Of a stretch of DNA of 64,000 nucleotides, positions 26,519-37,509 are shown piece by piece. The number at the start of each line of letters is the position of its first letter. Position 1 is the first letter of the stretch. The DNA lies in the NCBI GenBank assembly GCA_964187785.1, contig OZ076409.1:29948001-30012000 (forward strand), read 5' to 3'. The notes under the pieces were generated by a model, which made no database searches, had not been told where the DNA came from, and was given only the letters and a program-made list of their open reading frames with translations. Made by a program: the position numbers and the translations under genes. The DNA comes from Amphiscolops sp. MND2022. Taxonomy: Eukaryota.

Positions 26519-27070
26519 GGTAAATGGTCACTTGGCTTAATGCCATTTGGCTTAAAGTCATTTGGCTTAATACAATTGGTCACTTGGCTTAGTTTTTTTA
26601 AGCTAAGTGTCTCGGGTATTGGTCACTTGGCTTAAAGTCATTTGACTCGATATCGCTTAGTTGAAAACACGTGGCAGATTTTGTCTAATTTATCTTTATA
26701 ACGTAGTCAGCGTATTATTATAACATGTCATATCAAGTACCACTCGGATATGTCTCCATTTCCTCTCGTGCCCTGCGGCCCCTTGGGGCCGCTTATATTC
26801 CCATCTTGCTAAGCGAGGTCGAACAGGAGCAAAGACCTAGCGGGAACGAAGATCGCGTAGCGATCGTAGTGGAAGCTGGTCTTTGCGACGGGGAGGGCGA
26901 GCGTGCATACACCGCATATGCTCCACTTTATGGTATTTCCGGGAGTTGACATATTTATTCCCTGGAACGGAGTTGGCTTAATTTTGTGGTCACTTGGCTT
27001 AAAATTTTTAAGCCAAATGACTCGACGAAAAATTTAAGCCAAATGGTATTAAGCCAAGTGACTGGTAACC
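26519..27070. mobile_element. Foldback MITE 1 (TTGGCTTAA repeat arms), 8-bp TSD CACGATTT
   Basis: TSD at 26511-26518 and 27071-27078. TIRs are GGTAAATGGTCACTTGGCTTAA / TTAAGCCAAGTGACTGGTAACC. It contains cassette copy A (26748-26930). Confidence 0.9.
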
Positions 27071-27308
27071 CACGATTTGATTGCCAGAATGGATGACAAA
27101 CGTTCGAAAGTTTTTAACGCTCATCAAGGCAAAATCGGGTCTCAATGGCTCAACGTCGTTCCTTGCAAGAACCTAGGCCTAAAACTTGATGATCAGCAGC
27201 TTCGGATTTCAATTAGTTTGCGTCTCGGAGCCAACTGTGTTGCGCATACGTGCCACTGTGGTAAAAGAGTTAAACGGGACGGTTTACACGGTCATTCTTG
27301 CACCAAGC

Positions 27309-28040
27309 GGGAGATTCCCGATTCCAAATTTTTCAAATTCGATTTTCGATTCCCGATTCCGATTCCCAGGGCGGCGATTTCGAATAATCCAGTGTCCAAG
27401 ATATAAAACGGGTCGATTCCGATTTTTTTTGAGAAAGACGCACTACACACTTTTTCATGGAATTTTGGAATGCACACATCTTGACGCAGAAAACTTTTAT
27501 TACCCGGACCAATCACGTCAGTTCTCACCAATTGGATTATAAGCAATCAAGTGGTGCAAGTCATTTTGCATAAAACAGGTACATTTTTTGAGAAAATGCG
27601 GGCCAAGGCTTTATCGGATAAGTTATCTGTTCAAATATGAACTGCTGATCACATGTATAGTGAAGCTGATGACATATCGTTCCATGATTTTGAAGCACGA
27701 ACTGAGATGGACGACTTTGAGATCTTAGAATGGCTTGAAAATTTTGGCCCAACCAGCGTGGATACATAACGGATGTTTTTCTTTGCGAGATTGAGTAGAA
27801 ATTTTCTTCAGAACCGCTTGTCTACCGCCAGTCATTCGAGAAACGTGTTCTTGAATCGCAATAAATTGTTTTCCTGCAAGTAATTCCACTTGTTTTTGAT
27901 CATGTTTGCTTGATTTGAATAATTTATAGATTGTCATAATTTTTGTTTTTTGTTGCCGAAAATTGAGTTAATCGTAAATCCCGATTCGATTCTCAACGTG
28001 GCGATTCCGATTCTGTAATTTTAAGGAATCGAAAACCCTG
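27309..28040. mobile_element. hAT-like MITE (CGATTCC repeats) with a damaged left end
   Basis: The right end GGAATCGAAAACCCTG is a CAGGG-type TIR, and there are CGATTC subterminal repeats. It interrupts the CRE ORF. Confidence 0.6.
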
Positions 28041-28134
28041 AAGCAGACGTTGGGATCTCTCGACTTGTCTTAAGTGCTCGAACCGCGTGGACAGTACCGA
28101 ACTGATGGCAAACGCCCAGACGGAGTTACCATGA

Positions 28135-28680
28135 GTGGGCACAAACTACGATCTAAGGAATAAGATCGAAACGCACTTCTGTAACTAAGATCTAAAGAAC
28201 TAAGATCTAAATGTCATTTTTCGTAACTAAGATCTAGAGAATGCCAGCTCCCGAATCGTAACTAAAGTCTAAATTTTAGACGTTATTCCCGTTTTAATTT
28301 CCGTTATTCCCGTTTTTAGATGTTACGGGTAAAGTATAAAATGCTTTAAAGTATAAAACGTGCCTCAGATATGTCCCAATTTCCTCTAGTGCCCTGCGGC
28401 CCCTTGGGGCCGCTTATGTTCCCATCTTGCTAAGCGAGGTCGAACAGGAGCAAAGACCTAGCGGGAACGGAGATCGCGAAGCGATCGTAGTGGGAGCTGG
28501 TCTTTGCGACGGTGAGGGCGAGCGTGCATACACCGTATATGACCCCACATTATTCCTTAGACGTTATTTTAATTCAATTTAGACCTTAGTTACGGTGCAT
28601 GCTTTTTAGATCTTAGTTCTTTAGATCTTAGTTACGAAATTTCTTTAGATCTTATTCCTTAGACCTTAGTTGCGGTCCCC
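28135..28680. mobile_element. Foldback MITE 2 (TAAGATCTAA repeat arms), 9-bp TSD TTACCATGA, Mutator-like
   Basis: TSD at 28126-28134 and 28681-28689, with long inverted arms. It contains cassette copy B (28369-28552). Confidence 0.92.
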
Positions 28681-28905
28681 TTACCATGATTCCCTGGGAA
28701 ATGGGTAAACAGCTGGTGTGGGATGTCACGGTTGTGGATGCCCAGCCGTCTGAATGAAGGCTCTTTATGCAACTCTTCATACACCGCCCCCGAGGCTGAA
28801 GCGCGTAAAATTGAGAAGTATCGCGAATTATTAGACAATGGATACATTTTTCAACCGGTGGCCTTGGAAGTACAGGCTTGTTTAGGCGAGAGCAGTGAAA
28901 TTTTC

Positions 28906-29338
28906 GGGTTAGGGACAATTTGCCGAAAGACAATTTGCCGAAAATTGACTCAGGGACAATTTGCCGAATTTTTTTCGGCAAATTGTCCCTATGAATTTGC
29001 CGAATTTTGTAGGGACAATTTGCCGAATATGCCCCCATTTCCTCTAGTGCCCCGCGGCCCCTTGGGGCCGCCTATGTTCCCATCTTGCTAAGCGAGGTCG
29101 AACAGGAGCAAAGACCTAGCGGGAACGGAGATCGCGAAGCGATCGTAGTGGGAGCTGGTCTTTGCGACGGTGAGGGCAAGCGTGCATACACCGTATATGA
29201 CCCCATATTAGGTGAGGAAACCCAATTTGCCGAATGTCAGGGACAATTTGCCGAAAAAAATTCGGCAAATTGTCCCTGAGTCAATTTTCGGCAAATTGTC
29301 TTTCGGCAAATTGTCTTTCGGCAAATTGTCCCGTATCC
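28906..29338. mobile_element. Foldback MITE 3 (GACAATTTGCCGAA repeat arms), 9-bp TSD GAAATTTTC, Mutator-like
   Basis: TSD at 28897-28905 and 29339-29347, with inverted repeat arms. It contains cassette copy C (29027-29210). Confidence 0.92.
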
Positions 29339-30975
29339 GAAATTTTCATCACGCGTCTCTGTAAAATGCTCTGTCGTTCGCACGACGAACAACGAGTTGG
29401 CAGCTTTTTGAAGCAACGGATTTCAATGGCTCTTCAGATCGGCAATGTGGCCTGTGTTCTGTGAGGAACTGTGAGCGACAGATGCGTTCGAAGAAATTTA
29501 TTACATATAGCTAATTTTTTTTAAACCTCAATATCATTGCAGCTTCAAAAGAAAATTCTACCGGTCGACTGCGATGATGGCTGGTATGAGTAGTTTGTTG
29601 GTTGCTTCTTTTTGCTACTGGGATAGGGGCTGGTATGGGGTTTCCTTTCGTTGCAGACCACGGGTGTGTGTCTTCTCCCCCCAACATGATGATACACATG
29701 AAGACAATTCTTTTGGCGTTGCTTCTGGGATGGGTTGAGTTTTCAGGTTGCTGCCGTGTTTTCCTAATATTCAGTGTTTTGACTTCCAAGAATGAACTCA
29801 GGTGAAATACGTGCAGTACTGAAATTCTAGATTCCTCCAGGTGTCTATATACGTCTTCAGCTCCAATGCGGACATAGTATACTAAGCCTATGCTCTTGAG
29901 CTATAAAATTTTATCAACTTGTTGGGATGATCTAAGGGGAGCTCGGGGAATGTTTGGATGATCTGTTGTGGTTCTGTTCATCACGTCGTGACAGAGAATG
30001 ATACCTTCAGATTTGGTGACCAACTTGACACGACTTTGCCCCACTTTTGCTCTTTGCAATGACTCCGTTGGACTGAGGCCTCCTTCAATGACTCCTTTCG
30101 ATAGTTTGATTCTGTATTTGATTTTCTTCCACCTCTCCAAGGATAATGAAAGAGCTTGCACCACTCACAGAAACCATTCAGAAAAAGCCACCACGGCTGC
30201 CCTCGAACTTCAATAAATCTGGAACTATGTTTGCTTCATAATCGTTCAATGACCGTTTTGTTTAATCAAGAAATTTATGTGTTCTTTGCTTCATAATCGT
30301 TACCTTTTCACGAGCCTCATCCAGTTTCTGAATTGAAATGTCCTCGATCCATTGAACTCTCAGGTTGCATGATCTCGTTTCTCAATTCTTTTTGTTTCCT
30401 ATCTTTTGTCTGTCGCCCGGGCTGGGGGCACATGATGAATGACGAAGCGCTGATTGATGACGACGATCCAATTCTGATATAACGCATCTGAAACTATTTA
30501 CTATTTAGAAGATACAAGTTACTATGAGCTTATAGAAATTTATAAGCCTGTCAGTTCGTCGGTCTTGAAAAAATTCACTACTATTGTCTGTTCTTTCTAC
30601 GAAAGTGCCGACTAAAAAGTGTGTTCTTTTCAATATCTTCCGAAAAACGTCGTGGTAATCAAAAATTGTCCGATAAAAAAGGGAATTGAATGTAGACCTC
30701 TTATTTAATGAGATCCAAACAATCTAATCGCCGTCATCAAAGCAAAATTATCGGTCTAGACAAAAGTGAAAACATGTCAGATCAAAGATCTTGATTTAAA
30801 AAACTGTTGAAATTTATATTTCTGTTTTCTTGTGAGCGGTTGTGGTGACTACTCAAATCGTAGAATATTCAAACCGTGGAAAAAACGTTTTTCCTTCAAT
30901 CAGAATTGGATCGTCGTCATCAATCAGCGTCTTTAAAAAACGCTTCTTTATTCATCATGTGCCAAGATAGGAAAC

Positions 30976-32379
30976 AACAAGACGGGATCGTCTCAAGTCG
31001 GCGCCATATCTAAGGCTCAAAAATATTCAAAGAACAACTAAAGTCGCACAATGCCGAAAAACTCAAAAAGAGGCCATTCAGGCTCATTAAACGTTTTTGC
31101 AAACCGAAAACGTCAAAAAAATGCAAGGGGTTACCCTTTGATAGAATCCGAAAATTTTCGAAAAAGTCGCATAGTACCGAAAAAAACGAAAAAAATCAAA
31201 CGAAAGAAAACCTTTGGTCTCGCATCTACTTTTGGAAGCATAAAAAATTTGTGGTTTAGTGCGAGAATCGAACCCACGATCTCCGGCTTCTCAGAAAATT
31301 AGTTGAACAAATGAACAAAAATTGTAAGAAAAGTGGACCATTCAGAGTGAGATTGTAGGCTGAAAAAGAACAAGACGAGAACGTCCAAAGTCGGCGCCAT
31401 ATCTAAGGCTCAAAAAGTGCAAAATTTTTTTGGAAAAAAACTTGTGATTTTTGAACAAAAATTTTCTTTCAAATAAAGTCGCATAGTGCCGAAAAATATA
31501 GAAGGGGGGACCCTTTGGGATTGATTAACATACATTCAGTTGCAAAATATGAGAAAACTCGAAGGGGGGACCCTTTTGAGACAATAAAATTTTTTTCGAA
31601 AAAAAAGTCTCACAGAGCCGAAAATACTCTAAGGAGGGCGTACCCTTTGGCCCCTTCGAGTTTCTAAGATGATGTAAAAATACTACTTCGCAAGTATTTT
31701 AAATTTGCTAAGTAAGAATTGTAAGATTTTAAGATTGTAAGAATTGTAAGAAAAGTGGACCACTCAGAGTGAGATTGTCAACTGAAAAAAAAACAAGACG
31801 GGAACGTCCCAAGTCGGCGCCATATCTTAGGCTCAAAAATATTCAAGGAACAACTATTGGAAAAATTTGGAAAAAATTTTTTTTTCAAAAAAAAAATTTT
31901 GATTTTTTTTTCGAAAAAAAGTATTTTTTAGGTCGCACAATGCCGAAAAACTCAAAAAGAGGCCATTCAGGCTCATTCAACGTTTTCTACAAACCGAAAA
32001 CTTCAAAAAAATTCAAGGGGGTACCCTTTGATAAATTTCGAAAATTTTCGAAAAAAGTCGCATAGTGTCGAAAAAAAACCCAAAGGGGGGACCCTTTGGT
32101 CTCACATGTACTTTTGGAAGCATTAAAAAATTTATGGTTTAGTGCGAGAATCGAACCCACGCTCTCCGGCTGGGTCGAAGATGGAAGATGAACAAATATG
32201 AAAGATGAACAAAAATTGTAAGAAAAGTGGACCACTCAGAGTGAGATTGTCAACTGAAAAAAAAACTACTCACTGTAAGAGTCGGGCTTTTTTCCTTAAG
32301 GGAAAAGGCGCCGACTAAAGAAAAAACTACTCACTGTAAGAGTCGGGCTTTTTTCCTTAAGGGAAAAGGCGCCGACTAA
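30976..32379 (-). mobile_element. Cluster of three HINE/DINE-1-like (Helentron-associated) elements, family A
   Basis: Ends of the type AACAAGACGGGAACGTCCCAAGTCGGCGCCATATC occur at 30976, 31369 and 31792. The other end has the GCGCCGACT subTIR plus a hairpin and is duplicated at 32262-32379. Confidence 0.75.
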
Positions 32380-32384
32380 AAACG

Positions 32385-32850
32385 TTCTAACTACGCTGGC
32401 CGCATTGCCTGCCTGGATTGCGAGAGAGAGTCTCTGCCTGAAAAACGACCCGGCTCTATTTTCCTGGTTGAACACGCACAATTTTTTACACAGGTTCTTC
32501 AAGGACGTGGAAGGTCCGACTCCTCCCTGAATTTCAAAGGCTAAGGGTTGGAAGATGTATCCTTTGTCAGTCAAACAAACGTACTTAGCTGTTTTCAATT
32601 CCTCTGCATCCTCAGCGGCTGTGCCCGGGTTCGCAACAGATCCGTTCTCTATTCTGCTGGGGGCAAGAAGATCGACACAAGTAACATCCCAAACTAATTG
32701 CTTGCCTTCCTCCCAGGGCGCAAGGGTAATTCCGTCTGGGCGCTTTCCGTCTGTTCGGGTCAGACCATCTGGTTCCAGAATTGAGGGAACTTTGATGGAA
32801 CTCAGCGCCTGTTTCACTAGAGTATTAAGGTTGTGGTGCCTCGAGAAACG
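32385..32850 (-). mobile_element. 3' fragment of a second CRE-like element (restriction-like endonuclease domain)
   Basis: Reads RFSRH, LEPDGLTRTDGKRPDGITLAPWEEGKQLVWDVTCVD, KTAKY, FQPLAFE and RQRLSLAIQAGNAASV. Confidence 0.9.
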
Positions 32851-35820
32851 TCGAAAAAATCAAAGCGTCGAAAGAATTCCATAGCGATTATTTTCAGGTT
32901 ATAATTTGAAGAGGTTAGCATATTTGTTGTATGGCTCCGCCGCTTCGCTCCTCTCACCAAGTAGCAACATTGAGGCATGGCCATATGGCACGTCGCTCCG
33001 CTTCGCTCCTGCATTTAGGGCTCTAGGAGTATGTGGATATAGCTGACTACGTTATCGTAATTAGTTCGTCGCTTGTGCTGTATTCATTTTACTGAATTTG
33101 ATTGGTTCATTGAATGAAAGTTTGGTCACGTGACTATGACGCGCAGTATTTACTGCGTGTAAACTGCTTTCGACGCTTTGAATATTTTATGATTTGAACC
33201 GTCCCCAGGGGTTGTGGTTGAGTACAACTCGGAACCCTCACCAGAAAATAGAAAATCTCCTTCAAAATCGTTCTTCACTGATGGGACAAAAATTCGCTTG
33301 TTATAAATTGCGGAACTTTAAATTTTGTTTAAGGCGAGAGACACCGAGAAGTGACTGCAGAAGTCGACTGCTTTCATTGAATAAAATAATTATCGAAAAT
33401 GCTGATATCGCTTGTCCTGTTGACTGACACCTGGTTTAACTTCTGTTCCTTGGACACCTCATTCAAGACCAAAGCATTTTAAAGCAGTTTTGTGAATTGT
33501 TCTTTCGCCACTCTTGCAGCCGCCACAGAACTTATCTTATGATTGGCAGACAGCAGTTAAGTTGTTGATTGGTATGTGCTATGATTGTTGTATGTGGTAG
33601 CCCTAGTGGGAATGTTTTCCTTTTTTCCCTACTCGTTGGTCATCCGTGCCTCAATTGACAAAGAATTTTTGAATGAAGGCGACAAATGCAGGCTGTGTTA
33701 GCGTCTTTTTATGCCCGAAAGGCTGCAGCGCAGAAAAATTGTGTTCAACAAATGTTGCTGCGACCAAGTCTCTCTCTCATGGAATATTGAATATCTAAAT
33801 CGCATCCCCGCTTCTCGCCTATTAACCGCGTTGTACAGCTCGCCTTCTTACCTTCATTAGATGGGAGCTGCTTCGTTGTTGTGTGAATATATACGTATAT
33901 AAAAACCATACATATATGTATATTGCGTGTGCTGTGTAGTAATAGTTTTTATCCCCGTCGGTCGACTTGTGGCGCAGAGAAGAGAGGTGGTGATGTGGCA
34001 ATGGTGCTAGATGCTTTTAGTTGTAGGATGGTATAGTAGGTGGTCGTGGGGCAAGTAGAAGTTGCCTTCTCTCTTTCTCCCCGTCTACCATTCAGTGTCT
34101 TCTCTTCATTGCCTACCGTTGTTCGGTTTTCTCTCCTTCCCATCTATCTTATCTACGATCGACCTCTGCATGCTTATTAAAATGACTACAAACTACTTCC
34201 CAAATACTTGCACTACACACACTCCCGCCCGCCATTGCCAAGCAGCAGCAGATACCCCAATTTGTGTGCGCGCCGGCAATAATTACCAATCGCTGCATCC
34301 AACGCAAGATTTCTCTTCCCTCTTCCCCGCAATCAATTTTGACAAAAATTGACACGTCTATGTTATCTCCAACACTTGCTTAGCGACGGCGTGCCAAAGT
34401 TCTTTTGAGAACCCCTCCCCTTTTGAAAACCCCAATATATCCCAACGAATAGATGTTTAGAAAAAGTCAGTTTCATCGACCTAGAAAATATCATTTCACG
34501 GGAAAAAATAATGCATCAAAATTTACCCTTGTATCAAACTTTGCCACTGCTACGTCACCAGTGGAAAATTTTCTCAGTATCAGCCAAGATAGTTTTCTGA
34601 AAGCTTGTAGGTGTTTCGTTTTACTGTTGTGGAACGATAGTCGGGAAAACAGCACTTTAGTCAGTTTTGACGGAACGTTTTTTCTGAACCAACTGAATTG
34701 AAAGTTATTAATTGAAGTGTTAATTGAATCAAATTAAAATTTTTATTTGGAGCTTTGCTGAAATACAATTTGTATATACCAAATTTTTTATATACCATTT
34801 CAATTTTCTCTTGTATTACTGAACTTCATTCGTACTACTTTTATCTCAAAGTTTGCGGATCATTGAATTGACTCGTGTATATACGTTTGATACGTGTATC
34901 GACATCAATAATTGATCCACATTTATTAGTGGTTTCTTTTTTACATAGCATTTATAATGTTCTTCGATGATTTCTGGATTCATTCGTCTGTTTTAAAGTT
35001 ACTCTGTAGAAAATGAATTAGTTGCAAGTGTTCCTTCCTTCATATGCAGTGCGTTCACTATATAGAAACAGCTCTCGAATTATTCTGTTATGTATAGATT
35101 TGAAGCAAAACTTTTCATTAATTTTACTATTCTGCTTATCGTTTGATTCATCTTTATTCATAACCGGCAATCGATTGTCCATCGATTACTTCCCGATTCC
35201 TGATGCTCATTTTTCAGTCGGCCAGACTACTAGTAAAGAGTGCAAGAATCTTACAGTGGCAAGTTTTCGTCAGTCACTCTGAAGCGCCATTTGGCTTAGC
35301 GGTCAACGCATATTTTCGGTCTGGTGATGGGGCCTGAGAAGCAGGAGTACATAGGTTCTTCGCCAGTATGTGACTTTTCGATTTTTTTGAAGTGAAAAAT
35401 TGACAATTTTTGGTTTGTTGAGGATTTCTGTTAAGGAAAACCGTTTTCCGAGTCTTACGGATGACTTTTGGTTATTTTTGGTACTGATGAGAGTTTTCTC
35501 AATATGTCAATATGTGTAGAAAAGATTAAGGTTTTTTCGGCACTGCGCTACTTTTTTTCACAATTTTTGCGAATTTGAAGGGTCTCCCTTTGGGTTTTTC
35601 GGCACATCAGAAAGAAAAATTCCGTAAATTTTTTTTTCAATTCGGTTTTTTGATGCTTCGAGTGAGGGGAAAAGCTGTTTTCGAGTGTTATGGGTATCTC
35701 TTCGGGTATTTTTTGGCACTGCAAATTCGATGAAAATTTTCACAATAGTGTCCCTAAACATAGCTTATTACACTTTACTCTACTTTGAGCGGGACGCCGT
35801 CTGGGGCACTTCCCGGTTTC

Positions 35821-36911
35821 TTAGTCGGCGCTTTTAGAATAAAAGAGCCCGACTATTACAGTCACTCGTTTTTTATTTAGAACAGCCTCGAATGTGACGA
35901 AATTTTTGTTCAGTTTGTTCAACTAAACGAATATCTGGGAAACGCATCTAAGTTATTGCAACGGGTCCCCCTTTCATTTTTTAAAACTGTTCAAAACTTT
36001 TTAACGTTTAAACTTTTTAAACGTAACATAGAAAGCCGGACTAGACTAAAGGGTCACCCCTTTCGATTTTTTTCGGCGCTGTGAGAACCTTTTTCGAAAC
36101 TTTTTTGTCTCTAAAGGGTCCCTTAATTTTTTTCGATATGCAAAAACCTGGAGTTTCAAAAAGGCCAAAGGGTCTCCCGTTTACATTTTTGGCACTGAGA
36201 CTGTTTCAAAATTCTCATTTCTCGTCCGAAATTAGGTTTTCTCATTATATATCCACAAATTATTTTCAATACTATCCGAAAGTTTGACGTAATACCCGTA
36301 GTAAAGCGCTATATCCGAATTTTTGACGTTATATCCGAACTCTTGCGTTTTTATTATTTCTGCGATAGCAGGAATAATATTGAAATGTCAAGAATTTTTT
36401 CCAGTACAATTCGTGTGCAATACTTTTTGTCGTGATTCTGAAAAATTCAAATCTTTGTTTCGGCAGTGAGTATAAGCGTGAGATTTAAATTTCTTAAGCT
36501 ACCGACAACCATTCGTTTCTCGTCCGATGGAACGAGCGAGTGGTAATTATGCATTCGTACGCCGAATTCATTGAGATGAAGCGAGCAAATGTTCGTAATT
36601 ATGCTTTCGTACGCCGAGTTATTGAGATGAAGCAAACGAGTGTTATTCGTTCGCCGAGAGCTTCGCCTGCAGTCAAATGCGGATGCGAAACTTCGTTTAC
36701 ATTTAGTAGTTATATTTTCTTTAGTCCGAGAAGAATTAAAGGCGGTGTAAACTGGTAGTGAATAATTGTGCGCTATATAAATGATTAAGATATGTTTCTA
36801 TTATGGAACATGAAAGTCTAGAAGCGGAAATAATTATCTGCCCCGCCTATTTTACTACTGCGCTTTTTGAGCCGTAGATATAGCGCTGACTTTAGACGTT
36901 CCTGTCTTGTT
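35821..36911 (+). mobile_element. HINE family A element containing a nested family B element (~36353-36849)
   Basis: 5' end TTAGTCGGCGCTTTTAGAATAAAAGAGCCCGACTA; 3' end GCGCTGACTTTAGACGTTCCTGTCTTGTT. Confidence 0.75.
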
Positions 36912-37509
36912 AATACTTGTATTCACACGTGAGTTTTTTTCGACTTCTCTGGAAATTGTAGACTTCTTTAAGCTTTATCTGGCACGTAGTTCGACAAAAT
37001 ACAACTTCTTTCAAACGTTTCGTGAGGATAATAGAGAAAACTCGGGTTTTCGAGAAAAAAGGCTTATGCGTATGCCTTGAAGTATTTTTGGCCTGCAATG
37101 GAGAATTCAGATCTTCCCGTTTTTAGTCGGGTTTTATAAGCTGTTGCTTACTAACGTTCAACTTCTACCAATCGGTTTAGGGGGAAATCAGCGGTCGCAG
37201 GTTCGAGACCCTGCTTCAGCCAGAAACTTTTGTGCAGTTCAAAAAACCGGACGATACTAAAGGGCCCCCTCTTCCACTTTTTTGATATTTTGCAACTAAC
37301 TGGATTTTCAAAAAGCCCAAAGGAGTCCCCTTCTATAAGTTTCGGCATTGTGAATTTTTTCAGAATGAATATTTGTCTTAAACTTAGGTTTTCTCTGGCC
37401 CAGCCCGCTACATTCAGATTTTGTTTTTAAAAATGACCGCCGTTTTTTTAGCCTAATTGTTGTGATAAACTTATTAAATAGCCTCGGCTGTTTAATAAGT
37501 CTTTTCAGA

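Larger units (their letters stand above)
25640..29525 (+). mobile_element. CRE-like RLE non-LTR retrotransposon with N-terminal PHD finger, RT deleted, four insertions
   Basis: PHD-like C..C/WVHKKC/CSRC at 25708-25992, then KLDEGN..., LKLKHP and SFP. After removing the inserts it reads WLNVVP...LRLG...CHCG...HGHSC, LEPRG..RTDGKRPDGVTMIPW..GKQLVWDVTVVD, KIEKY, FQPVALE and QRISMALQIGN. Confidence 0.85.

Noticed and set aside
28906..29338. CRISPR-like array of GACAATTTGCCGAA repeats
   Set aside because: The repeats are short, lack unique regular spacers, invert at the centre and are flanked by a 9-bp TSD, so this is a foldback MITE.
33095..33160. Promoter-like cluster (CCAAT, CACGTG, TGACG)
   Set aside because: These are short motifs with no identifiable downstream gene.
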